A stretch of DNA of 46,542 nucleotides from positions 1 through 46,542 of the forward strand of contig JYFJ02003100.1 of NCBI GenBank assembly GCA_000934665.2, written 5' to 3'. The notes under the pieces are model-generated. The model saw only the letters and a list, made by a program, of their open reading frames with translations, did not search any database and had not been told where the DNA came from. The translations under genes were made by a program, and so were the position numbers. Shown here piece by piece: positions 1 to 11,600 of the stretch. Positions within the stretch are counted from its first letter, which is position 1; each line of letters opens with the position of its first letter. The stretch comes from Catajapyx aquilonaris (lineage: Eukaryota).

Positions 1-40
1 TCTGAGCTGACACTCGCTTTAATCTGCTCTCTTTACACAG

Positions 41-89
41 ACCTCCGCTAGGAGGCAGCATAAACCCAAACCTCCGCTAGGAGGCGGTA
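41..89 (+). promoter_or_regulatory. Two direct copies of ACCTCCGCTAGGAGGC (29-bp period), each resembling a CTCF core motif and able to form a small CCTCC/GGAGG hairpin
   Basis: Exact 16-mer repeated at 41-56 and 70-85; CCGCTAGGAGGCAGCA matches the CTCF consensus CCRSYAGRKGGCRS apart from one position. Function is inferred. Confidence 0.35.
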
Positions 90-218
90 TGCTACAGTGG
101 ACAAGAGAAGTTAGGAGTTTGCATGGTCGTCTCTGAGAGGTGGTTATGGTGGGGTTGAATTATTTTTTACAGAACATAAGTACACTGCAGTGTTTGTGTG
201 TGTGAGGTATGTGTGTAT

Positions 219-789
219 TATAATCCAGACCATAAGCGTTTTAACTTTGCACTTTGTGATAAGACAGTACCACTTGGCACATATGTTCTGCAGGCCTATA
301 TAGGAGCCATTTGAAAGATTGCACCGCACCACCTGATCGGCCCCTTAGGTCAAAAGGAAGAAGAAGAAGAAAATATTTCATGTCCTCTGCATATACCCTG
401 CAGTTTCCAGAAAGTTCCGCAATTTACAGGTGTTCGCTGTACTCAGGGTCCGTTATGGACATGTGTCACCTCATTACCTTGTAATACAGTACATCGCAGA
501 GTGCATAGTGCGCAGAGTGGATATGTATCATTTTCTGCTCTTCTCATGCGGTTTTATCCGACTTTCAAGATATTTTCATGTTTTGAGCGGCATGGGTTGG
601 TATTCTTGGCAACAACGCATAACTCGTGACCTATCTAGCGGGCCGATCAGATGCCGCCATCTCTCAAATGGGTCCTATAGGCCTAGGAAACATGTGTCTA
701 CCAAGTGGCACCTTCATATCACCAAGAGCTCTTGATATCACAAAGTGAAAAGTTCGGCCTGTTTTTTTGCGCTTAGGTCCCGGACTGTA
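219..789. mobile_element. Degenerate inverted-repeat (MITE-like) remnant
   Basis: 219-344 is a gapped reverse-complement match to 640-789 (ctgatcggccc/gggccgatcag, ccatttga/tcaaatgg, cacttgg/ccaagtg, actttgtgata/tatcacaaagt); both ends are TA. Confidence 0.5.
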
Positions 790-2406
790 GGATATTAGGT
801 GACTTTGGAAAGCATTGTTTTGAGGTGACATTTTTATTTGTAGTTAAGATTTTTAAGCCCCCTATTAGAAAATCTACAATAGGTGGTCTTACATTTTTGG
901 ATGGCACTGTAGATTACCTTGTTGGAAATGGCTAAAGTAAATCATTTCAGACTCGCCCTTGACATGGTTTACGTTGCTTCCTTCCTCCCTGAACACTTGT
1001 GCGTAAACAATTTGATGTAGCCTGTCGAGTGTAAACAATCTGTAAGGCTGTGCTGTGGCGGGTAACGCACACGCCTACATTCTTAGTGCAGACGAAGCGG
1101 TATTGCAGCATAATCGGTTGTTCAATATTGCAAACAATGCTACTCACCAACTTGTGGAATCGGCACGTTTTCTGTACCAAAAATGCTTTTTGTTATACGT
1201 CTTGCAACGGAAGCAGTAAAAATGGAGCGCCATTGTGGAATCCCTAGTTTCATTAGGAAGGGAAAGAGAGGGGTGGTGTAGTAATTATGACACGGAACTA
1301 CTCATAAAAGATAAGCTTCTTACTGTTCCTGTAGGATTACACTTAGCCGAGGTTTATGACCACAGTTATTGCTGCTCCAGTAGCTGCTGGAGGGAGGTTG
1401 CCTCTTGGAAATCATTTTTATAAACGAGGAGAGAGAACCATAGGGAATCACTCGGTGCCGAGTTCTCTAAGCTTATATTTCAGTCATATATGCAGCTTCA
1501 CCTTTTGGAAGTCTGTCAACCAAGTTTGCCCCTGGTTATTTAAGATGCATATCAAAAAAAAAAAAATCAGTGACGTTAATACCTCCCGGCGTATTTAATC
1601 CATCACCAAACATCTAGTCAGATATTCAAAAATTGTTGATTTCCGTTATTGGCGCGAGATAGTATGCTTCTATCGGATACAGTTGTTTTTCCTGACGTTG
1701 TTCGAGGCTGCTTTATTGCGCGAGACGACAGTTTGTTGATCCTGGTATATTATTTTTGCAACAAATTACCCTGCATTTCCATGATGAAAAACTGGCCCAT
1801 CTCTGTTTATTTTATGCGCATTCGGTGTATTCTCTTTGAGCACTGACACTGGATTAGACTCCCTCATTTTTCCTTTGTATACTAGGAATTCTTCGCTGCA
1901 TTCAGTAATTTCCGGAGGGTGTCCTCATTTTCACTGAAATTCATGAATGAATTAAATTGCAGTACTTTCAGTTCCTGCACTGCAGACGGAACATTATGAT
2001 CACGAATTACTGTTTATCTCCAGCATGACTTCCCACTATTTTGAAGCGCACTGTACCTGTTGCCTGCATGATATCCTAACCAAATAAGATTGAGCTGTGC
2101 ATGACCTGGCAGTGCAGTGTAATAATCGCGGTGCATAGCAGAAACGACGGCGTAGGAGTAATTACATTACCTGGTCCATGTTTGATATGCTGCGCTGAAT
2201 CATTCAGGTTCGCATACCAGAGCTGCGTACCGGATATGAAAAAAAAGCGTACCCACCTTAAAAAAAGTTTTAACACATGTTTTCTAAGTACAACATGTGC
2301 CTCTCATGTATAATGCATGCGGATCGATACCGTGCTGCCAAGTTTATGGTCCATAATATTGCAACGTCGCATAAGGAATCCTAGGCGCCGTCGTTGCTTG
2401 CTTGTT

Positions 2407-2440
2407 TCAGTCGGCTCATGGTCGTCAGCACGAGCGGTCG
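2407..2440 (+). promoter_or_regulatory. Inr + DPE core promoter of the STK32 gene (predicted TSS A2409)
   Basis: TCAGTC at 2407-2412 (arthropod Inr TCAGTY); GGTCG (RGWYV) exactly at +28..+32 (2436-2440); G at +24; CpG-rich context; splice donor follows at 2601. Confidence 0.6.
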
Positions 2441-2600
2441 TCACGTCGTCGCCTCCACCGACCCATCGACCAACACAACCTCCCCCTCGCGGCACTGCGA
2501 AAAAAACGCACGAGGTCGCGTAACGTTGCCCACAATGTGACGGCCATGGCGGGATGTTGAATCGGGGAGCGACATTTGCATCGTTGCACATCAAACGCAG
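2409..2600 (+). other. STK32: Putative non-coding first exon (5' UTR) of STK32
   Basis: Starts at the Inr and ends at CAG|GTAATT (2600/2601); matching acceptor ttgtgttacagcag at 3046/3049 upstream of the ATG. Confidence 0.5.
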
Positions 2601-3109
2601 GTAATTCCACCAACTTTTTTTTTTTTTTACACGCTTCGTTTTTTTCCGCACCCAATTGCACTCGCACTTGACACATTCCGGTACCGCCTGCAATTTGGTA
2701 ATCACATCATGCATGCTGAAACAGCTCCCAGCAAGCAGTCCAGGGTAGCTGAAAGTAAATAAATACGGCACAAACAGCGGGGGTGCGCTAAATTTGGATG
2801 CTGATGCTGCAACTGTGCACTTTGCACATATCGACATGTGAATGATGTGCAGTAGGGTACCGGAAATTTGGGATATCTGGAATATAGTCGGTTGGATGGG
2901 ATGGGGGGGCAAAAATGCTCCGTTTTCATGTCGTGGAATCGATCCCGCGTGCAAACTTCGCACTTACCCCACCCTTCCTCTCGCTCAACTCGAGCCTGAG
3001 CAGCAGCCCGAATAGAACTGTACAGCGTGTTGCTCTTGTGTTACAGCAGGGGGAGACGTTTTCCCTCCGACCTGAGGTCATGCGGGGTCAGCTGTAACTG
3101 GGACACGTC

Positions 3110-3167
3110 ATGGGGGTCAACCAGTCGGCCAGGAGCAAGCACCATATCCTGCAAGACGGGGAAGAAG
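3110..3167 (+). CDS. STK32: STK32/YANK kinase coding exon 1 (MGVNQSARSKHHILQDGEE)
   Basis: ATG at 3110; MGxxxS N-myristoylation pattern as in STK32A-type N-termini; donor G|GTATGT, phase 1, joins the next exon to give EEVNFDHF. Confidence 0.85.
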
Positions 3168-5870
3168 GTATGTGTAATAATGGGGAATATATAGTCAGAG
3201 ATTGAGGATAAAGTGTGGGCGGAAGATGCAGTGGTAACCAATCATATAGAAAATAATTGCATGAAATTCTCAAATACACACCTTTTTGTGGCAGTGGCAT
3301 GTTGGGAAAATGTGCGAAAATTCAAATTCAGATATACTTACTGGGCGGCCCAAAACCTGTCTGCAACAGAACCTGGATTTATCGGAGATTCCCTACCAGG
3401 ATCGTTGTCAGGTTCAATCGCCATAATTCTTAGTGTGCCTAATAATATATAGATGAAAAAGTGGAGCTCGCTTTTACCTGCTTAGATCGCCAATCGAAGA
3501 ATCTGGATTTGAAAATTAATTTGACCAAAGTTCAAAAATGGCAACGGAATGGATTAGGAAAATTCTGAAATCGTTATTTCAGTTTTTACAAAACTTATAG
3601 CTGTGAAGGTGTAGGGTTGTAAATTGTCCACTAAAATGGACGTTAATGGAGTTAGTGTGTGCGAATTATTGGTTTCCCATTTGCATTCCCCCATTTTAAG
3701 GGTTGCAACATTGTGCAAACAAGGTTGCACAATAATGTTTTACGATCTATTACTCTTCGGCAGCAATTAGCGATTCTCATATTTCAAAAAAAAAAAAAAA
3801 ACAGTACAGAAATTCTACTCTGCTGCTAACCCTTTCTGTGGCCATATGTGAAATAATTACAAATGATTTTCAAACCCAGATTTCTCGGGNNNGGGGGGGG
3901 GGGGAGTGTTCCAACTATAGGCAAAAACTTAATTTTATTTTTCCAAATATATTATCAGAAACACTAATAACTATCGACTGGAGCGGGCAACGATAGGTAT
4001 ATTTTCAATGCATTTTGATCTCATATAAACGAATCATGTTTAGTGGAAAATACATTCGGAACGCAGGATTTTCTGATTGGTTAATTTCCAGCCACAATTC
4101 CGCCGAAATCTTGTCCTTCACACCCTGACACACACCTCTATAGTTAATTGGGTCGAACTTGCCGCCATACCGAGGTCAAGGATTGCGTTTCTTTGGGCGG
4201 ACGGGAACAAAAAGGAAGGACGACAGCCAATTAGCAAAATGTCTTTATTCGCGTGCAGCCAATTTTCCGGCCTGCAGGATTTGCCCCGGGTCTCATTGTC
4301 CGGGGCCCGGGATGAGCGTACCAGTAGGGGGTGGAAGGGGGGCTAAAAATTAAATCGCCCACGCGTCTCATTTGCATAAATGCGGGAGCCTGCTTTTCTT
4401 GAGTGAGGATGCGGAAGGGGCATCAATTATGCAGCGGGCAAACATGATTCGCCAAATGTTTAATGTAGGCGGGCTTTGTGCATGTAATTGCCTGGCTGCT
4501 GGCCGAAGGAACGAGTCGGCCGAATTTGGGGCCGGGGCTTTAATGGCGTATAAACAAGAAAATGCTGGAAAGCATAGTGCAAACTATGCTCGAAACTTTG
4601 TATGTTTGTTGTTACACACTTTCATGCAGAAAATGTAATATGTGACACTAGGAAACAAACGAGGAAAAATATGTTCAATTTTCGATAAGCTGCTGGAGTG
4701 TGAATAAAATAATTTATACCCTGGCTGGGTGCAAACCTGTTATTACTGTTTAGTTACTACTTTTAGAGCAAATTTGTATGCGTTTTGAATTTTCAGTGTG
4801 CAGGGTGTGAAATGTATGTAGTGTATACACAGTAGCTGTTGTCCATTATTATAGTCAGCTTAATGTGTAAGTATACACACTGAGTGCATTTTATTGTTGC
4901 TTGTGGACGAAAGTGTGTAACAATACCAAATTTCGGGTGATGTGGCGTTTATCCACGTTTTAAACAGGCATTTGCACATGCAAAATGGTTCGATCGGATG
5001 TAGGGAGCTGTGAAGGCCCGGTTGTTTGATTTAAGCTGAGGGTGTCCTTCGAGACTTCTGTTCTTTTTTTCGGGGAGAAGCTGAGATAAACGGCTGAGAA
5101 GAAGGGCGCCAAAGCTCATTTAGTCGTGTGCCAATTAGAACCTGATTCTGGCACGCTGCTGCTTGATGAATATTCAATCCGGGTCTGTTTTAGGGGATGC
5201 CTTTCGGGGGTGGGGAGGTGCTGGGGATTGCAGCTTCGATCCAGTTTCTCCAATGAAAATGGTAGCATGATGGAGTCTAAAGGTTTTCAGCAGGCTTGCC
5301 CAGAGGGTGGGTGGGTGAAATTATTTTTTTATTTGAATGGATGCCCCCCCCCNTGTGTCGAACCTGGTGTTGCCATTTATTAATGGCCGAACTGATTGGG
5401 CCCTTGCTGCGGTTGGCCAAACTTTCCCCATTAAATTAATTAGCGAATTAATTAATGACATACCGAAATTTCCCTCATTAGGTAATTCCGGCAGAAAGGT
5501 TTTGGGTGCGGGGGAATTTCCATTGCACATTAGTTGAGCATTCCTCTAGCCGAAATTATTTTGGCCAAAATTTTGATGTATATGCATAGCCTCCCCTCAT
5601 TTTTTCCCCCCCCCTCATCCGCTCAGTTTTCCCTCAGTGCATTTATTTGGCTATTAGTTGAAAACACCGTTGGGGTAGGTAGCGAATTTTCGAAATCGAT
5701 ATCTGGCGGAGCACATCGTGGGTATTACGCAGCTGATGTGTGCTCAAGGACTGTCGAACCTGAATGAGTACGTGCCTTGGCAAGGTGGACCCTTCATCAC
5801 TTTTGCATGACACACGACAGCTCGCCCGAGCTCAAGTGCTAATCGAGACCATTTTTCCGCCACTTTTCAG

Positions 5871-5926
5871 TCAACTTCGACCACTTCCAAATCCTGCGCG
5901 CCATTGGGAAAGGGAGCTTCGGAAAG
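5871..5926 (+). CDS. STK32: STK32/YANK kinase coding exon 2 (VNFDHFQILRAIGKGSFGK, glycine-rich loop)
   Basis: Acceptor cttttcag, donor AAG|GTGAGT; translation matches the YANK-family signature VNFDHFxILRAIGKGSFGK. Confidence 0.95.
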
Positions 5927-7749
5927 GTGAGTTTTTGCAATTTTTTGCCGATAATTGTAGCTTGTAATTATGTTAGAAGGTGGTTACCTGTATACTGCAG
6001 GTGCAGCAGTGTTCAAGCTAGTGTCGCCCCTTACGAAATTATTTAGAGTGCTGTCTATACAGTGTGGTTCCACGTACCAGGATGTGAAATTGCGGTATCG
6101 AAATAATTTGGTAGGCTACAGTTATGCCTACGTGTATACATAAAAGTGGGAGTAACGTCACACGAACGGTTTACCAACAACAACAATAACTGAAGTATTT
6201 CCACCAGCAGGCTTATGGCCTCTTTTACGCGATGGCTTTACCGTCACAAGCGAATTATTTTCCATGCTATATAGGCCTGCATTTCTGTGTGCCCCAGAGT
6301 TGTCATGCCCATGGGGATTGTCGTACCGCGATTTGAAAACCGCGATCAGTTTTTTTTTCGTCGTCCCTGGCTGATAGCTCCCTGACGGATTGACAGTGAG
6401 AGAACGATATTAGTGCCTCAGCGTGAATTGAAAACTGCACAAAAACGATCCCCCTCATCTTAATGCGGCTCATGCCTGCTGCAAAATACGAATGGGAGTG
6501 ATACGGATTTGGTAGTGGGTCCCTTTGGGCCAACCGCGTATATTTTACCCGATTTCTGCCAGAGGGAACCCGTTTGTATCAAATCCGTGGTTGTGTGTTA
6601 CGTGCGTACTGTATGTTGTCATGGGGAAAGTCTGCTGAAGACACTGGGAGTCATGGAATTCTGTACAGAAAGGTTGACATTATGATTTTTAGATACAACG
6701 GTTTATTTCCCATGGTTATGGAGTATGCAGTAGTACTGATCGCGGCTCTCTGCACAACTGTTACATTATGGATACGTTAAAAACATTATCGGTATTTCCC
6801 ACGTGGGATGCCTTGATACAGATTTCATAACGTAACATGAATGTATTCACTCTGTTGCAATTTATATTCGGAAATGATCCGACATGCATGTGATGGAGGC
6901 TACTCAAATTACAAGTGATTAAAGGGTAGGGAGTATAGTCGCAGTTGTGATTTTCTGATAAACTTTTTTCTGCAGTCGGTATCCGATTGTTTCAGAAGTT
7001 TGTGTCAAAAGCTTGTGATGAGCCATTCTCAGAGTATAATTAGGACATGGGAACTATAAAAAATCTCATCATCCTTTCAGTGTTCTATCTAAAGCATCAT
7101 TGTTCCTAGAATTGAGATGGGCAGAGTGAAACAGTAATTAGGGAATTACACGTATGGTACGCATAAAAGTAATGCAGATCTCCACTATTAAAATCAGGCA
7201 ATAGTGGATCATGGTGTTGAAGTTCGCCTATAAGGATAAACAGGGATTAACAAATTGTTGAAGCAAGTGCAATGAAATTGATGCTGCTGTTTCATCGTGC
7301 CGCTACATTAGAGCACAATAGGACATGAATGATTCTGCCTAAGTTTCACGTAGCAAGTTAATTAGATTGTTGAGACTTTGATAAAGCCAAATGATGCGAA
7401 GGACTGCAGAAAGTAATTTCAAATGCCAGAAAGATGCTAATGGAAGACTTTGGAAAAAGATGAGGGTCAGGGGAAATCTGTTAAATACGGTATGCCGCAC
7501 CTTCCCCTGCATTGTTGCAGTGCTGTGGTTTTTAACTAATTGCGCCATTTTACGTAGTTAACACAGCTATTAGCGCACAAGGATAATTGCCTGATACGTA
7601 ATAACACGTACAGTAGTTACTATAGCTTAGGTCCGAGAGGAAATTAGCACCCTTCTCCACTACCCAGTATATAATATAGAGGAATTGTGTGTACATTTTG
7701 CAGATTAATCTTGTAGCTCATGACCCGATATACTCGTATATTGCTTGTA

Positions 7750-8683
7750 CTTGCCCTGATCTGAAAATATTGGGACACCCCCAAAAAATGGAGTGGTGGG
7801 GTTATACACAGGATGTGATAAAAAGTTTCCATTAAGATTATCTGGACTTTAGAATGGATAATTATGAATAGTAACAATTGAGCTAGGAGGATACCAAATT
7901 CGAAGTTCATTTGACAGTTAACAACTGAAATAAATACGATTATACCTTGGACAGTGAATTTCTGTGGGGTCTGGTAAAAATTGCTGCCACTCTGTTTATT
8001 TCTTACTTAGCGGGATGTAAATGTTGATAATGAACCTGAGGGGCCGCACAAACCCAAAAACAGTTATGACATTAATTACAAAAAATCTAGCACAAAATTA
8101 AAAAATATTTATCGCAAGTGGATTTTTTCAGAAATTGATACACTTGGCTGTACCACATTTAACGGTGTTATTTATTAATAAATTAAAATGTGATAGTATT
8201 GTTTATCTAGAACTCAGTCCAATGTGCTATGATAAATTTTTTTATTGCAATTAAAGTAAAATGGCTTTAAATATTCCTTAATTCAAAAATGCACAGAAAA
8301 TGGCATATCTGCAAGCCATGATAAATATTTTTTAATTTTGTGCTAGATTTTTTGTAATTAATGTCATAACTGTTTTTGGGTTTGTGCGGCCCCTCAGGTT
8401 CATTATCAACATTTACATCCCGCTAAGTAAGAAATTAACATAGTGGCAGCAATTTTTACCAGACCCCACAGAAATTCACTGTCCAAGGTATAATCGTATT
8501 TATTTCAGTTGTTAACTGTCAAATGAACTTCAAATTTGGTATCCTCCTAGCTCAATTGTTACTATTCATAATTATCCATTCTAAAGTCCAGATAATCTTA
8601 ATGGAAACTTTTTATCACATCCTGTGTATAACCCCACCACTCCATTTTTTGGGGGTGTCCCAATATTTTCAGATCAGAGCAAG
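7750..8683. mobile_element. Foldback / long-TIR non-autonomous element flanked by TA
   Basis: 7748-8113 is the reverse complement of 8320-8685 (366 bp including the terminal TA, about 4 mismatches by eye); 206-bp AT-rich spacer; symmetry stops just outside TA, consistent with a Tc1/mariner-type TA target duplication. Confidence 0.85.
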
Positions 8684-11600
8684 TATTACATAATACGTAT
8701 TTTACATGCGGGTTTGTATTGTACCAGGCGCATGGGAACATCAATCTTGTGCTGAGTGCCTGTCTATACATTTATGCCTAAAGCATCCATCCCGAGTTTA
8801 TCCTTACAGTCCAGGGAGCCCGTGATTCTATTCTTCCATGCGGAAAGACTAATTGGAAGGATAAACTTGGGGAAACTTGGCAAACACCGCTTCGTTGCAC
8901 CAGGGCATCAATAAGTAATGATGGTTGTTGATTTTCAAGCCTTACCGAGGACTTTTAAATATATTAGCACATTAATTTCTTTACCGTGGGTGGTATGAAA
9001 AGGAGGAAAACAACAGCTCTGCAATATTTGGCGCAAAAAATCTAATTAGGTTCGTATGGAAATGACCAGCATCAGATAGCCGACATCGAGAATGAAACCT
9101 TTGACTACTGGAGTGGATGACAGGTTCCTTATCAGCTACGCTTAACTGCCTTTGTGCATTAACTAACACAAAAAAATGAGCGTTCATTACGTTATGAATT
9201 ACCAGCACACAAAAAATTAATGATCATGCGCTACCAACTAGTCACGGTTGATTGTGCACCAGCAGACCGAGCGCTGCCGAGTCTATCATTAGGGCGATCT
9301 CCGGGTTGTTGCCGGTTCCCTCTGCCGCCTCTCCCCGCTAAGGTTTCCTGTGGTTTTCCTCGGTCATTTCCAACCTTGTACTATGATAGTTTTCTAAACA
9401 AACCGCAGTTGCTTTCTCTCTTCGTCCGTAACATTTTGCGGGAGCGGCACAAATGCATGACTGAATATTACAAGAGAAAACTTTGCAGCTTAAGCTTCTC
9501 CGGTTGTTAATTAATTGTTGTTGTTTGAGGAGCTTTCATGCTGAATGTACTGTAGCTTGGTGGCATGCGGCATGAATAACTTAAATTTAGAATTGAATTC
9601 CGCGTTACGTTATTACATGCGGCGATCTGCTGATGGTGTTTTGGTAACTGTAATTAATTTGAATGCGAATTTCTGGTTTCTTGTGCGGCACGGGGTTAAT
9701 GCAGCGCAAGATGCACTGGGACTTTCAATGGATTGCCGTATTTATCATTCATCCTGTTTGTACTGCTCGAAAGATTCCGCGGTTGCTTTGATGAAAGACT
9801 CAGTACTTTACCTTGCATTTAAGTTGACTTCACTTATTAACCATGCCTGTAGTGAGTTTCCTGCAGACTCTTCTTGCATGCCAAATTGCAGACCGTCCAC
9901 GTTTTGCAATATTAAATCGCACAACAGTTAACGTCTTATGCACTATTCTGGTCAGCATGTATAGGGATACCAAGGTGGTCACTCGTGCCCATTTTAATGG
10001 TATATGCAGAGGGTGATTAGCGATGGCCCAAGCCATTCATATAACGAAGAGTGATGGATATCCTTGCAGAATTTGCGCTGGGTGTTGGGAGGACTTTGCA
10101 ACCTCCCCACGCTTTCGATATGGCCGAGTGGAAAGGACTGTAGCGGAGTTTATACACTCCTTTGAAAGCTGGGCGTCCGCGACAAAATGCCATCGCCGGA
10201 CCGATTTGCCAGTGGACGTGTTCCGAGCTTTCAAAGGCTTCTAGGGTGACATATCTCCTTTTACCCCGCCTTGAGTGGAAACTCTAAGGGGTTGGGAAGT
10301 AAATGGAAAAGGTTTCAGGCTGCTAATGGCCAACGGAGACAAGGATCGATCTAGGCAAGCTGGCCCGGCTTCATTAGACCCGGGCTGTTCGGGATCTGCT
10401 ATAAAAACACGTCTTCGGAGTCCGAACTTGTGCGATAACTGTGCAATCATAGCGCTAACTGGATATCGGTCTTCTGTTTATATATGGGGCGGACTGAAAA
10501 GGAGTTTGTAGCTCATGCACGAATCTCTAGTATTGATTTGCATATAGGGAGGGGAAAAAATTCACAGAGGAAGTAAAAACTGCAAGGAACATTGTAATGC
10601 AGTATTCAGCATGTAATCGGCTTAAAAGCAACTGTAACTTGCTAAATCCGGCCCAGCAGTGAACTGTTCACGTGTTTTTGCGCGTTGTTTCTGCCGGGAC
10701 AGCAGGGTATTATGCTGCGTGAATCCAACCATTGCTTTCGACTTTTATGTCCAAGCTGTTGAATACTCTGAAAACTAGCGGAATTCAATTGTTTAGCAGC
10801 GTTAACACTGGCGTGGGGGGAGGGGGGGGGGGGNATGGAACGAAATTTTTCATGGTTCATGCAAACTTGATGCCGCGTCACCTCCAGCACGTTGGGATGT
10901 GCGATCTAGCCGTCATACGAGCCGTGACGCGATTAGAGTGGTAAATATTTGTGTCGATAAAAATGGGATGTTGTTGAGGGTGCTGGTTGTGGCCATGGGT
11001 AGCAGCAACAAGGTGTAAGGTCAGAGGTGAGGTGAGGCTGTGAACATGAAACTATTAGTCCCCAGTCTTTGTTAAAGCCTCGGAAGGAGCTGCCGGCTGC
11101 GAAATCAAATCAACGCCTCGAGTTATAACTTTCTTGTAAGCTAATTACAAAATAGGGAGTCATCAGGAGATAAATTATGAAGAGAAGAGGAGGAGGGGCA
11201 GGGGCAGGGGGGGATGTGGTGGAGGGTTCCAGAGAGGTGGGGGGGGGGGNGTTGGGAAATGGAAATGTGAAATTGAATTATGGATGTCTCCTGCCTGGAC
11301 TACCTGGCTCTTAATGCGACTCTTTGCAGCTGGACCCGACATGGGGAAGTTCCGAACGAAATGGTTACGCTCTTTTACTTATACATTACAAATCGGGGGT
11401 GTCAGGTAGCTCTGATTGGACATGTTTTGTGCAGAGTATTCGTGCCAGGAAGATAAATGTGGGCGAATTTGGTTTAAAATTAATAGCTGTCGTATAAAAT
11501 ATGCAGTTTTTTCCTGGTAGATTATTATTAATCACTGCGAACTCAGTGGACAGTTTCAGACTCTGCATTTTTCCATGAGTAAATATCCAGTACTTTACGG

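Noticed and set aside
41..89. Palindromic direct repeats as a CRISPR-like array
   Set aside because: Only two 16-bp copies with a 13-bp spacer, in a eukaryotic context with no cas genes.
884..912. Tc1-like terminus (...ttttggatggcactgta)
   Set aside because: No matching partner end found, so an element cannot be delimited.
2304..2963. 219-aa minus-strand ORF over the STK32 promoter
   Set aside because: GC-rich promoter/UTR sequence crossing a homopolymer; no motifs.
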